Assembly (NCBI RefSeq): GCF_963921235.1
Contig: NC_086097.1
Location: 61,504,001-61,568,000 of the forward strand
DNA from: Mobula hypostoma
Taxonomy: Eukaryota
Length of the DNA: 64,000 bases
Direction of reading: 5' to 3'
Part shown: piece after piece, positions 53,200-64,000 of the stretch
Layout of the letters: each line of letters starts with the position of its first letter
Numbering within the stretch: position 1 is the stretch's first letter
Program-made: the position numbers and the translations under genes
The notes under the pieces: generated by a model
Database searches by the model: none
Seen by the model: only the letters and a program-made list of their open reading frames with translations
What the model was told of the DNA's origin: nothing

Positions 53200-54260
53200 A
53201 TATACTCAAAATTCCAGGTCAGATGTGATTGTAAATGAAGCTAATATTCACAACAGATGATGACACAAATAGACCAACTCGTTTCAGAGAACATTGGCTC
53301 AGAGAATCACAAGTAGATTAGAAGATTGCATTTTGTAATTATGTCTTCCATAACCTCCAAAAACTGTCTCAGAAAATGGAAAGGATTTAGTCTGAGCACC
53401 TTATTACCAAAACTGCAAAAGTTTCTGGAGAAATCCATGTATGCTGAAAGATATATTAAGAGGTAACAAGACCATATGACCACTAAGCTAAATCTCGCCA
53501 ATTTATTGCTGGCAGGCCTGGTAGCACACACATTGAAAACCGAATTAGAAAAGCAACTCAACAACGTTAAAAACATAGTATGATATTCATAACTACAGCA
53601 TATAGAATGATTATTCAATGTTCAAAGCAGATAGGATTGCCTGGCTTGAGAGGGAGTGTAATATAACACTTAACTATGCTATAGAAGATGAATTATATCC
53701 CTTTCCCACATCGCAGAAACTGTGTAAAGGACATAGGCCTTTGCCCCTTTGGACCTGTTACACGCACATGCATAATTAAATGCAAATAAAGAATAACATC
53801 ATTATAGCTAGGAGCTTTGTTCATCAAACAAGCTACCATATAATGTAAAGTTATTTCCAAAAGTATTCAAGGCCCTTTAAATGAGATTTTAAAAAGAATG
53901 CAATACTCTCTACATAACCAGGAAGTTTTGAATATGGCTACGATAGAGAAGGAAAATCTCTGAATATTTGGGAAGTTAGTTAGAAGGCTTCCTGAGCTCA
54001 ATTTTAAACTCCAGAAGAGAAAATGTGTCTTTGTGCAGAAAAATTAAGATTAGTTGGGCTTAAGGGTAACTGTGATGAATAGGTTTTACAACTGACTAAG
54101 GGAAAGGTTGAAGACATTGTCAAGACCAGAAAACATGACAGTGACACAGATTCAACCTTTTCTTGGCAGGGTCTAACACTGTGCCAGATATTACATTTTC
54201 CTTTATCAATTGTAAACCCTTTTCATATTACATAACCTCATAATGGTACTATCACAGAAG
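53200..54260 (+). mobile_element. Highly decayed Ty3/Gypsy pol relic
   Basis: Residual YPFPT...LDL, KLPY, KCVFVQ, KVEDI, IQPFLG in Gypsy RT order, across many stops and shifts. Confidence 0.45.
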
Positions 54261-54431
54261 AAGGATGGTAAGTGGTGGAGTGAAGGGAATGACAAAAGAT
54301 GGCTGAGCCTCAGATGATTTCAACAATCCATAAAATAATACACTTTTGCATAAATGCTGATACACAACACAAGCCGATATATCTGACTTTGGAATAGCTG
54401 CATCTGGAAGGCTAATAGGAATAAAGACAAT

Positions 54432-55008
54432 TAGACCATAAGACCATAAGAAATAGGAGTAGAATTATGTCATTTGGACATCCAGCCATTCTTTCATCAC
54501 TGACGTATTAATCCTCTCAGCCACATTCTTCTGCCTTCTCTTTGTCATTTTTGACATTCTGACAAATAAAGAACCTAACAAGCTCCGTTTTAAATATATC
54601 CAATAGATTGACCTCTACAGCCATCTGTGATAATTCCACAGATATAACGCCCTCTGTCTAAAGAAATTCCTACTCATGATTGTTCTAAAAGTTAGTCCTT
54701 AAATTCTGAGGCTGTGCACTCTAGTTCTAGAATCTTCTGCTACTGGAAGCATCCTTTCCATGTCCACTCTGTATAGGCCTTTCAATATTTGATAGCTTTC
54801 AATGAGATTCACCTTCATTCCTCTAAACTCCAGATATTACAGGCACACAGCTATCAAATGCTCCTCATACATTATCCCCTCATTCCTGGTATCATTCTCA
54901 GAAATCTCCTCTGGATCATCTTTTCTAAGATAAGGGACCCAAAGCTGCTCATAATACTACAAATACAGTTTGATCAATGCCTTATAAAGCCTCAGCATTA
55001 TTTCCTGT
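54432..55008 (-). mobile_element. CR1 LINE 3' fragment
   Basis: CTTATGGT-repeat tail on minus strand and CR1 ORF2 C-terminal similarity. Confidence 0.8.
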
Positions 55009-55155
55009 AATACATATAAGAGATGTGAAGTATCTTTTGGTGCTGCTGAAGGAAGCTGTCTAGGTCCCCTACTCATTTCCTTATACATACTCCCCTTAGG
55101 AGACATTATTAGGGACCATTAACTTGCTTTCCACATTGATGTAGATAACATACAG

Positions 55156-58100
55156 TTAGACCATCAGACCATAAGATATAGGAGCAGATTTAGGCCATTT
55201 GGCCCATTGTGTCTGCTCCACCATTTCATCACAGTTGATCCATTTTTCCACTCAGCCCCACTCTTTTCCATGCTCTCACTTCAGGAAGTCTGATCACCTA
55301 GTTGTACTTCTACTCCCTGGGTATAGGCAGAGACTGCAGCACTGGCAGTGAAGACCAAGAAGGTTTGGACAAGGGAAGCACTGGAGCGCCTCCAGGACTG
55401 CTTTGAATCGGTGGACTGGATTGTATTCAGGGATTCATCTTCGAACCTGGATGATTATGCTGCAGTTGTTGCCGACTTCGCTAAAACCTGTGTGGATGAG
55501 TGCGTGCCCACAAAGACTTACTGTACGTTACCAAACCAAAAGCCGTGGAAGACCAGGAGGTACGTCGTCTGCTGAAGGCTGGATCTGTGGCATTCAAGTC
55601 TGGTGACCCAGGCCTGTACCAGAAAACCAGGTATGATTTGCGGAGGGCTATTTCAAGGGCGAAGAGACAATTTTGAACGAGGTTGGAGACGACGACAGAT
55701 GCAAGGCAACTCTGGCAGGGTCTGCAAGACATTACCTCCTGCAAAGCGAAACCCAATAGCATGAATGGCAGCGATACTTCACTACAAGATGAACTCAGTG
55801 CCTTCTATGCCCGTTTTGAAAGGGAGAATGTAACCACAGCTTCGAAGATCCCTGCTACTCCCGGTGACCCTGTGATCTCTGTCTCCGAGGCCGATGTTAG
55901 GCTGTCTTTAAAGAGAGTGAACCCTCGGAAAACCTGTGCCAAACAACTAGCGGGAGTATTCAGGGACATTTTCAACCACTCACTGCTACAGATGGAAATT
56001 CCTACTTGTTTCATAAAGGCAACAATTATACCAGTGCCAAAGAAGAATAATGTGGGCTGCCTTAATGACTATCATCCAGTAGCTCTCACATCGACAGTGA
56101 TGAAATGGTTTGAGAGGTTGTTCATGACTAGACTGAACTCCTGCCTCAGCCAGGACCTGGACCCATTGCAATTTGCCTATCGCCAGGACAGGTCAATGGC
56201 AGACACAATCTCAATGGCTCTCCACATGGCTTTAGACCACCTGGACAACACAAACTCCTAAGTCAGGATGCTGTTCATCAACTATAGCTCAGCATTTAAT
56301 ACCATCATTCCCACAATCCTGATTGAGAAGTTGCAGAACCTGGGCCTCTGTACCTCCCTCTGCAATTAGATCCTTAATTTTCTAAGTGAAGATGACAATT
56401 TGTGCAGATTGGTGATAACATAATCTCCTGGCTGATGGCCAACACAGGCACACCTCAGGGGTGTATGCATAGCCCACTGCTTTACTCTCGATATACACAT
56501 GACTATGTGACTAGGCATAGCTCAAATACCACCTATAAATTAGCTGACAATACAACCATTGTTGGTAGAATCTCAGGTGGTGACGAGAGGGCGTACAGGA
56601 GTGAGATAGACCAACTAGTGGAGTGGTGCCACAGCAACAACCTGGAACTCACTGTCAGTAAGGCGAAAGAGCTGATTGTGGATTTCAGGAAGGGTAAGAC
56701 GAAGGAACACATACCAATCCTCACCGAGGGATCAGAAGTGGAGAGAATGAGCAGCTTCAAGTTCCTGGGTGTCAAGATCTCTAAGAATCTAACCTGATCC
56801 CAACATATTGATGTAGTTATAAAGAAGGTGAGACAGTGGCTTTATTAGGAGTTTGAAGAGATCTGGCATATCAACAGGTATGCTCAAAACCTTCTATAGT
56901 TATACTATGGGGAGCATTCTGACAGGTTGCATCACTGTCTGGTATGGAAGAGCTACTGCACAGGACTGAAAGAAGGTGCAGAAGGTTGTAAATCTAGTCA
57001 GCTCCATCTTGGGTATTAGCCTACAAAGTACCCGGGACATCTTCAAGGAGCAGTGTCTCAGAAAGACAGCGTCCATTATTAAGGACCTCCAGCACCCAGG
57101 GCATGCCCTTTTCTCACTGTTACCATCAGGTAGGAAGTACAGAAGCCTGAAGGCACACACTCAGCGATTCAGGAACAGCTTCTTCCCCTCTGCCATCTGG
57201 TTCCTAAATGGACATTGAATCGTTGGACACTACCTCACTTTTTTTTAAATATACAGTATTTCTGTTTTTGCACATTTTAAAAAATCTATTCAATATATGT
57301 ATACTGTAATTGATTTACTTTATTTATTATTATTATTTTATTTAATTTATTATTAATACTTTATTGCATTGAACTGCTGCTACTAAGTTAACAAATTTCA
57401 CGTCACATGCTGATGATAATAAACCCTATTCTGATTCTGACTCTAATCTCCTGATTTCTCCCGGTATTCCTTTACGCCCTGACCAATCAAGAATCTATCA
57501 ACCTCTGCCTTAAATATACGCAAAGGCTTGGCCTCCACAGATGCCTGTGGAAACGAATTCCACAGATTCACCACTCTCTGGCTAAAGAAATTCTTCCCCA
57601 TCTCCATTCTAAAAGGATGCCTCTCAATTCTGAGGCTGTGTCCTCTGGTCCTAGACTCTCCCACCATAGAAAACATGATCTCCAAATCCACTTTATCAAG
57701 ACCTTTCACCATTCGATAGGTTTCAATTAGGTCACTCATTATTCTTCCGAATTCAAGTTCAGAGCGATCAGACGCTCCTCATGTGACAAGCTGTTCAATC
57801 CTGGAATCATTTTTGTGAACCTCTTTTGAATCCTCTCCAGTTTCAGCCCATTCTTTCTAAGATAAGGGGCCCAAATCTACTCACAATACTCCAAGTGAGA
57901 CCTCACCAGTGCTTTATAAAGCCTCAAAATTATACCCTTCCTTTTATATTCCAGTCCTCTTGAAATGAATGCTAACATTGCATTTGCCTTCCTCACCATT
58001 GACTCAACCTGCAAATTAACCTTAAGGAAATCCTGCATAAGGACTTTCAAGTCCCTTTACGCCTGTATTCCATCTACCACTTCTTTGCCCATACTCCTAA

Positions 58101-58195
58101 TCTGTCCAAGTCTTGTGGCCTCTCTACTTTCTGAAAATTACTTGCCCCTCCAACTGTCTTCGTATCATCCACAAATTTTGCGACAAAGCCATCAT
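55156..58195 (-). mobile_element. CR1 LINE 3' portion inserted in L2 and itself interrupted (pieces 55156-55264 and 57448-58195)
   Basis: AKFVDDTK, DLIETY...NFFSQRVVNLWNSFP; 3'UTR continues across the Rex1 insert; ATACAG at 55150-55155 and 58196-58201. Confidence 0.85.
55265..57447 (+). mobile_element. Rex1/Babar-like LINE, 5'-truncated, decayed ORF
   Basis: KSDH, LNDYHPVALTSTVMK, LDPLQFAYR, GTPQGC, YKLADNTT, FKFLGV; AATAAA plus TTCTGA-repeat tail. Confidence 0.9.
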
Positions 58196-59596
58196 ATACA
58201 GCAATTGTGTACGTCGGTTGTGCCTGATGAAAATAAAACACTCTCTGTCTCTCTGACTTCTGGTATGACTCCAATAGACAAATGGATGAACAATATTTTC
58301 CTAAAAGGAAGTGAAGATAAAACTGAAATACTTCTGGTTGGTTCCAAAATCAAAAGGAATTAACTTCTTGATAAACCTGGAAACTTGGCTTTCCTTGTAA
58401 ATTCAAAAGTGACAATTCTGGGTTTTATTCTTGATTCAGATTTGCATTTTAAATCCCACCTAAAGAAAGTGACTAGAGTAGCATTTCTACAGAAAAAATA
58501 TTGTAAATGTACATTTAATTCTGTCACATAATGACGCTGAAAAACTATATTGAATAGACTAGATTACTGCACTGCACTTTTGTCACAGGAGTGATACTGG
58601 TCTTCCAGAGCAATCTATTGATAAACTTCAACTCATTCAGAATCTCGCTGCTAGACTTTTAACTAAAACTGGGATGAGGGAGCATATCAGTGCTGTTCTA
58701 GCTACTGTGCATTGGCTTTCTGATCTTTTAGAATTGATTTTAAAGTTCTCTTACTTGTTTATAAAGCTCTCAATGGTCTGGGACTGGAGTACATCAGAGA
58801 ATTGCTTTCCTTTTATAATCCTGTTTGAGCTCTCAGGTCTTCTTCTGCTGGTCTCATAAATTTAAATAATCTTCCTCAAAAGATAATTGGCAGATCAACT
58901 TTTTTGAACTATGTTTCTAAACTGTGGAATTCAATATCTAAAACTATAAGTGATGCTGACTCAGTTGACACTTTTAAACACCAGTTCAAAATCTATTTAT
59001 TTAACCTTGCTTTTAACTAACATCTTTATGTTTTTTTTATTTTCATGTTTGCACTTTATACCATTGTAAAGCACTTTACTACATAATTTGTATGAAAAGT
59101 GCTCTAGAAATAAGTTATTACTCTTATTATTAGACTTGCTTTTATATTTTAGTCCTCTAAAAATAGCATTGCATTTGCTTAACTGAAACAAAACAAATAT
59201 CACAATGTATGCTTTAGGGGAAGACATTCAGATTACAAGATAAGATTTATGTGCTAACACAACCAAGTTGGTCAGAGATAAGATAACTACATTTTTGAGA
59301 CTTTGCCGAGATACAGTGCAACATTATCTTGCAAGAATTGCTGAGAGATTCAGATGGGTTTACAAAGGTCACTTGAACTCAGGACAAATAGCCAAGACAA
59401 TATTGGGTTTGAATTTACTGCAAAAGTGGATCCTATAGTTGCTCAAGGAAAATTGTCACAGAAGATGACTAAAGAGAGTCAAGAAATGACACCTTCATTA
59501 AAACTGAATATGGATACCATGACAACAATGTACATTACTTCTCTAGGTCAACATAATAAACAAAAGAACAATTGCAAATATCAAAGAAAATTCCAC

Positions 59597-60530
59597 AAGA
59601 CCATCAGACCATAAGACATAGGAGAAAAGGAGTCTGCTGTGCCATTACATTGATCATGGCTGATTCATTATTCCCCTTCAACCCCATCCTCCTGCCTTCA
59701 CACCGTAACTTTTGACACCCTGACTAATCAAGAACCTGTCAACTTCTGCTTTAAATATACCCAATAACTTGGCCTCCACAGCCATCTGTGGCAATGAATT
59801 CTATAGATTCATAACCCTCTGGCTAAAGAAACTCCTTCTCATCTCTTCTCTGAATGGGCATTCTGAAGCTGTGCTCTAGTCATAGATTTACCCACTAGGA
59901 AACATCCTCCTCACATCCACTCTATCTTAACCTTTCAATATTATATAGGTTTTAATGAGATTCCGCCCCCCTCCCCCCACATCCTTCTAAATTCCAGTGA
60001 GCACAGGCCCAGGACCATCAAAAGTTCTTCAGACATTTACCCTTTCATTCCCGCACTCATTCTCGTGAAGTTCCTTTGCACCCTCTCCAATGCCAGAACA
60101 CCTTTTCTTAGATAAGTGGCCCAAAACTGTTCACAATACTCTAAGTGCAGTCTGACCAATGCCTGACAAAGCCTCTACATTACATGCTTGCTTTGAAATT
60201 GTAGTCCTCATGAAATAACATTGCATATGCCTTCCTTATCATTGATTCAACCTGCAACTTAACCTTTAGGGATTCCTACATGAGAACTCCCAAGTCACCT
60301 CAGACTTCTAAATTTTTTCCCCATTTAAAAAATAGTCTACACCTTCGTTCCTTCTACCAAAGTGTATGACAATACACTTCCCTATACTATATGCCATCTG
60401 CCACTTCTTTGTCCACTCTCCTAATCTGTCTAAGTCTTTCTGCAGTCTACCTGCTTCCTCAACACTATTTTTGTATCATCTGAAAACTTGACCACAAAGC
60501 CCTGAATTCCGTCATCCAAATCATTAACAT
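59597..60530 (-). mobile_element. CR1 LINE 3' portion
   Basis: Begins near YVNDLD...KFSDDT on minus strand and ends in CTTATGGT-type tail. Confidence 0.85.
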
Positions 60531-60540
60531 AATTTTTGTT

Positions 60541-62737
60541 TTTTGGATTGGAACAAGAGAGCGGCGTGGGAGCTGAATTCTGAAGGAAGGCAGTTTTTTA
60601 TAAAAACTTCTTTGAGTGAAAGAAGGACGAGACTGCGCAGGCGCGTAACGAAACAGGATAGCGCCGAGAGTTTAAAAAGAAAGGTTACTTCCAAAGGCTT
60701 TCTTCTGGATCGGAACAAGATAGCGGCATGGGAGCTGAATTCTGAAGGATGGCAGTTTTTTTAAAAAAACTTCTTTGAGTGCAAGAAGGATGAGACTGTG
60801 TAGGTGCGTGACGTAACAGGACAGCGTGGAGAGTTTAAAAAGCAGACCAGCCCATACAGCGGGCAGCTGTCGGCACGGGCAGCTGAGTGAGTGGCAGCAG
60901 AGTGTAGGGCTTTGGCTTCAACGGGCTTCAGTGGTAACGGGTAGAGTTGAGAATGAAGCACCAACTCTTTTTTCCCGCCCCCTTGGCGAATCGGCCCGGA
61001 CAGACGGGAACAGCAGGGCTCTCACAGCTAATGTTTAGAAAGTTCATCTGTTTGGCGAGGTAAGTAGGTGAGTAGACTTATTTTTCCTGTTTCATTCCTG
61101 TAGAATTAGATAGCATGCCTGCAGGGTTAGTGCTTTGTTCAGGGTGTCAGATGTGGGGATCCTGGGAGACCTCCAGCCTCCCTGATGGCCACATCTGCGC
61201 CAGATGCACCGAGTTGCAGCTCCTCAGAGGTCGTGTTAGGGATGCAGCTTGATGACCTACTGCTTATCAGGGAAAGTGAAGAGGTGATAGACAGGAGCTA
61301 CAGGGAGGTAGTCATCCCTAGGCTACAGGGGTCAGAAAACTGGGTGACTGTCAGGAGAGGGAAGGAAAATGCCCGGATAGTGGAGAGCACCCCTGTGGCT
61401 GACCCCCTCAGCAACAAATATCTTGTTCTAGATGCTGTTGAGGGGGATGACCTGACAGGGGATGCCCACGGTGACCGGGTCTCTGGCACTGAGTCTGGCG
61501 CTGTTGTGCAGGAGGGAAGGAGGGAGAAGAGGAATGCGGTAGTCATAGGGGATTCCACAGTTAGGGGAACAGACAGGAGATTCTGTGAGCCTGATAGAGA
61601 TACCCGCATGGTGTGTTGCCTCCCAGGGTACAGGATGTCTCGGATCGGGTCCAGAATATTCTGAAGGGAGAGGGAGAGCAGCCAGTTGTCTTGGTACATG
61701 TTGGTACCAATGACATAGATAGGAGAAGGGAGGAGGTCCTGAGGAGAGATTTCCGGGAGTTAGGAAGGAAGCTGAGAAGCAGGACCTCCAGGGTAGTAAT
61801 CTCGTGATTGTTACCTGTGCCACGTGCTAGCAAGGGCAAAAATAGTAGGATCAGGCAGATGAATGCGTGGCTGAGAGACTGGTGCAGGGGGCAGGGCTTC
61901 AGATTCTTGTATAATTGGGATCTCTTCTGGGGGAAGTATGACCTGTTCAAAATGGACAAGTTACACCTGAAACCGAAGGGGACCAATATCCTGGTGGGAA
62001 AGTTTAATAGAGCTGTTAGGGATGGTTTAAACTAATCTGGCAGGGGAATGGGAACTGGAATGTTACAGCGGAGGAAGGGGAAAACAGAAATGAATCTAAG
62101 ATAATGAGCAGTAAAGATGTCAGGAAAGACAGGTAGGTGATGGGGCAAATTTGTAGCCATTGGGATAAGTTGCAGTGAAATAAATTTGCAGTACCAAATA
62201 CTGGTCTTAAGGTGTTATACATAAATGCACGCAGCATAAGGAATAAGGTGGATGATCTTGTCGTACAGCTACAGATTGGCAGGTATGATATTGTGGCCAA
62301 TACTGAGATGTGACTAAAGGATGCATGTCTCTGGGAGCTGAACGTCCAAGGATACACGGTGTATCAGAAGGATAGGAAGGTAGGCAGAGGGGGAGGCATG
62401 GCTTTATTGGTAAGAAATGATATTACATCATTAGGACGAGATGACATAGGATCGGAAGGTGCAGAATCTTTATGGGTTGAGCTGAGAAATTGCAGGGGTG
62501 AAAGGACCCTAATGGCAGTTATATACAGGCCTCCAAACAGCTGCAGTGATGTGGACTACAAATTACAAAAAGAAATAGAAAAGGCTTGTCAGAAGGGCAG
62601 TGTTATGATAATTGTGGGGGATTTTAACGTGCGAGTGGATTCGGAAAATTAGGTTGGCACTGGATCTCAGGAGAGAGGATTTGTAGAATGTCTGCGAGAT
62701 GGCTTTTTAGAACAGCTTGTTGTTCAGCCCACTAGGG
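60541..62737 (+). mobile_element. CR1 LINE 5' portion: 5'UTR, ORF1 (zinc finger plus SGNH esterase) and ORF2 endonuclease start
   Basis: ORF1 from ATG 61115 (CSGCQMW...) with VIGDSTVRG, LVHVGTND and DKLHL motifs to TAA 62035; ORF2 LKVLYINARSIRNK, YRPP, GDFN; interrupted by RTE at PTRG. Confidence 0.92.
60545..60842 (+). repeat. Tandem 162-bp monomers in CR1 5'UTR
   Basis: GGATyGGAACAAGA...GAGAGTTTAAAAAG starting at 60545 and 60707. Confidence 0.85.
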
Positions 62738-64000
62738 GTGTTGTTGTTGTTGTTCGTCCTTCGTAGTCGAAGATGACCAAGGCTTCAAAGTCAAATGGAA
62801 GATTGGTGGCTGTGGGTCCGGAGGTGACTGATGAGGCCAATCGGGGCCCTGAAGGCTCGCCCACATGTGGGACACAAGTGGGTGGGTGCTGTCGTGGCAG
62901 CGGATGCTGCTCGGGCCTTGCGCACGGCACGCTTACGTTGCGCCTCGATGATGCGCCTGACTTCAGCTGCACGGGCTCCTGTGGTGATCTTGCTGCGCCA
63001 AGCTGGACGGTCGAGGGCAAGCGTCTCCCACGTGTTGATGTCGACACCCAGGCCTTTGAGGGACGCTTTCAGGCAGTCTTTGTAACGTTTCTTCTGCCCC
63101 CCCGACTGAGCACTTGCCCTGACACAGTTCTCCGTACAGCAGCTGCTTAGGCAATCGGCTGTCTGGCATTCTGACCACATGTCTAGCCCACCTGGCTTGG
63201 GCTTTCAGCAGGAGGGTGTAGACGCTGCAGAGCCCAGCTCGTTCCAGGATTTCCGTGTCGGGGACTTTGTCCTGCCACCTGATGTGGAGGAGTCTGCGGA
63301 GACAGCTCAGGTGAAAGTGGTTGAGCTGTTTGGCGTGTCTGCTGTAGACAGTCCAGGTCTCGCTGGCGTAAAGGAGGGTGGTAAGGACCACTGCACAGTA
63401 GACCTTCAGCTTGGTGGTAAGGCTGAGTCCTCTCCGCTCCCAGACATTCTCACGGAGTCTCCCAAAGGCGGCGCTGGCTTTGGAAATCCTGTTGTTGACC
63501 TCAGCGTCGATGTTCACTGCGCGAGAGAGTATGCTGCCCAGGTAGGTGAAGTTGTCGGCTGCCTGGAGGTTCTGACCCTTCACCGTGATGCGCGGCTCCT
63601 GGTATGGCTTTCCTGGGGCAGGCTGGTACATAACTTCGGTCTTTTTGGTGCTGATAGTGAGACCGAAGTTGTCGCAGGCTTGTGAGAAGCAGTCCATTTC
63701 ACGCTGCATCTCCTGCTCTGTGCTGGCGTTGAGTGAGCAGTCATCAGCAAACAACAAGTCTCTGATGACAGTCTCTTGCACCTTTGTAACTGCCTGCAGG
63801 CGCCTAAGGTTGAACAACCTGCCGTCAGTCCTGTATCTGACGTGGATTCCTTCTTCATAATTATGGAAGGCATCTGTCAGCATGGCAGAGAATACCATAC
63901 TGAACAGAGTCGGGGCAAGAACGCAGCCTTGTTTGAGGCCATTTGTCACTGGGAAGGCCTCCGACTCATCGCCGTCATCCAGAACTTTCACCATCATACC
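62738..64000 (-). mobile_element. Young RTE-clade LINE 3' portion (continues beyond the window)
   Basis: GLKQGCVLAPTLF, LFADDC, YLGS, LLYASETW; C-terminal C2H2 finger CPTCGRAFRAPIGLISHLRTH; CAA-repeat tail at 62738-62754; one frameshift at the C7 run 63097-63103. Confidence 0.93.

Larger units (their letters stand above)
55012..59132 (+). mobile_element. L2 LINE 3' half, split by nested insertions (pieces 55012-55155 and 58196-59132)
   Basis: [20 protein letters not shown]...DVDNIQL, resuming as WMNN...DKTEILL, RLDYC, LQLIQNLAARLLT, REHISAVLATVHWL; L2 3' stem TGTAAAGCACTT...AAGTGCTCTA. Confidence 0.8.

Noticed and set aside
59200-59590. Possible second Gypsy RT relic; also an LTYGPETW RTE-like trace near 10490
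   Set aside because: Only one or two degenerate motifs each, too weak to annotate
63179-63685. 168-aa plus-strand ORF, and similar antisense ORFs such as 14244-14654
   Set aside because: Antisense shadows of LINE coding sequence
1-64000. CRISPR arrays, rRNA, bona fide tRNA genes or prokaryote-type systems
   Set aside because: None seen; tRNA-like boxes occur only as SINE heads and the DNA is vertebrate repeat-rich sequence

Overview
AT-rich vertebrate genomic DNA, most likely from a cartilaginous fish (shark or ray). This is inferred from the repeat complement: abundant CR1 LINEs, V-SINE and DeuSINE-type SINEs, Rex1/Babar LINEs and Penelope-like elements. I could not identify a host protein-coding exon, so the window looks like a large intron or intergenic region. 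Roughly half or more is transposable-element derived: many CR1 fragments (one near-intact ORF2, one 5'UTR+ORF1+ORF2 start), Rex1/Babar and L2 LINEs, a young RTE LINE, two families of GIY-YIG Penelope-like elements (PLEs) carrying minimal hammerhead ribozyme motifs, a class I endogenous retrovirus pol relic, a solo LTR, a Gypsy relic, and mariner, Tc1 and piggyBac-type DNA transposon remnants. The most notable signals are: (i) three palindromic PLE insertions with outward-facing 3' ends and a 33-37 nt tail on only one arm, two of them with target-site duplications; (ii) an in-phase U_UUA_AAC slippery heptamer at the CR1 ORF1/ORF2 junction in two copies, with ORF2 in the -1 frame, although a shared downstream TAG complicates this; (iii) a monomer-type CR1 5'UTR promoter. 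I did not find evidence for a wholly new biological system. These are TE-mechanism observations. Boundaries of decayed elements are approximate and family names were assigned by eye, without database searches.
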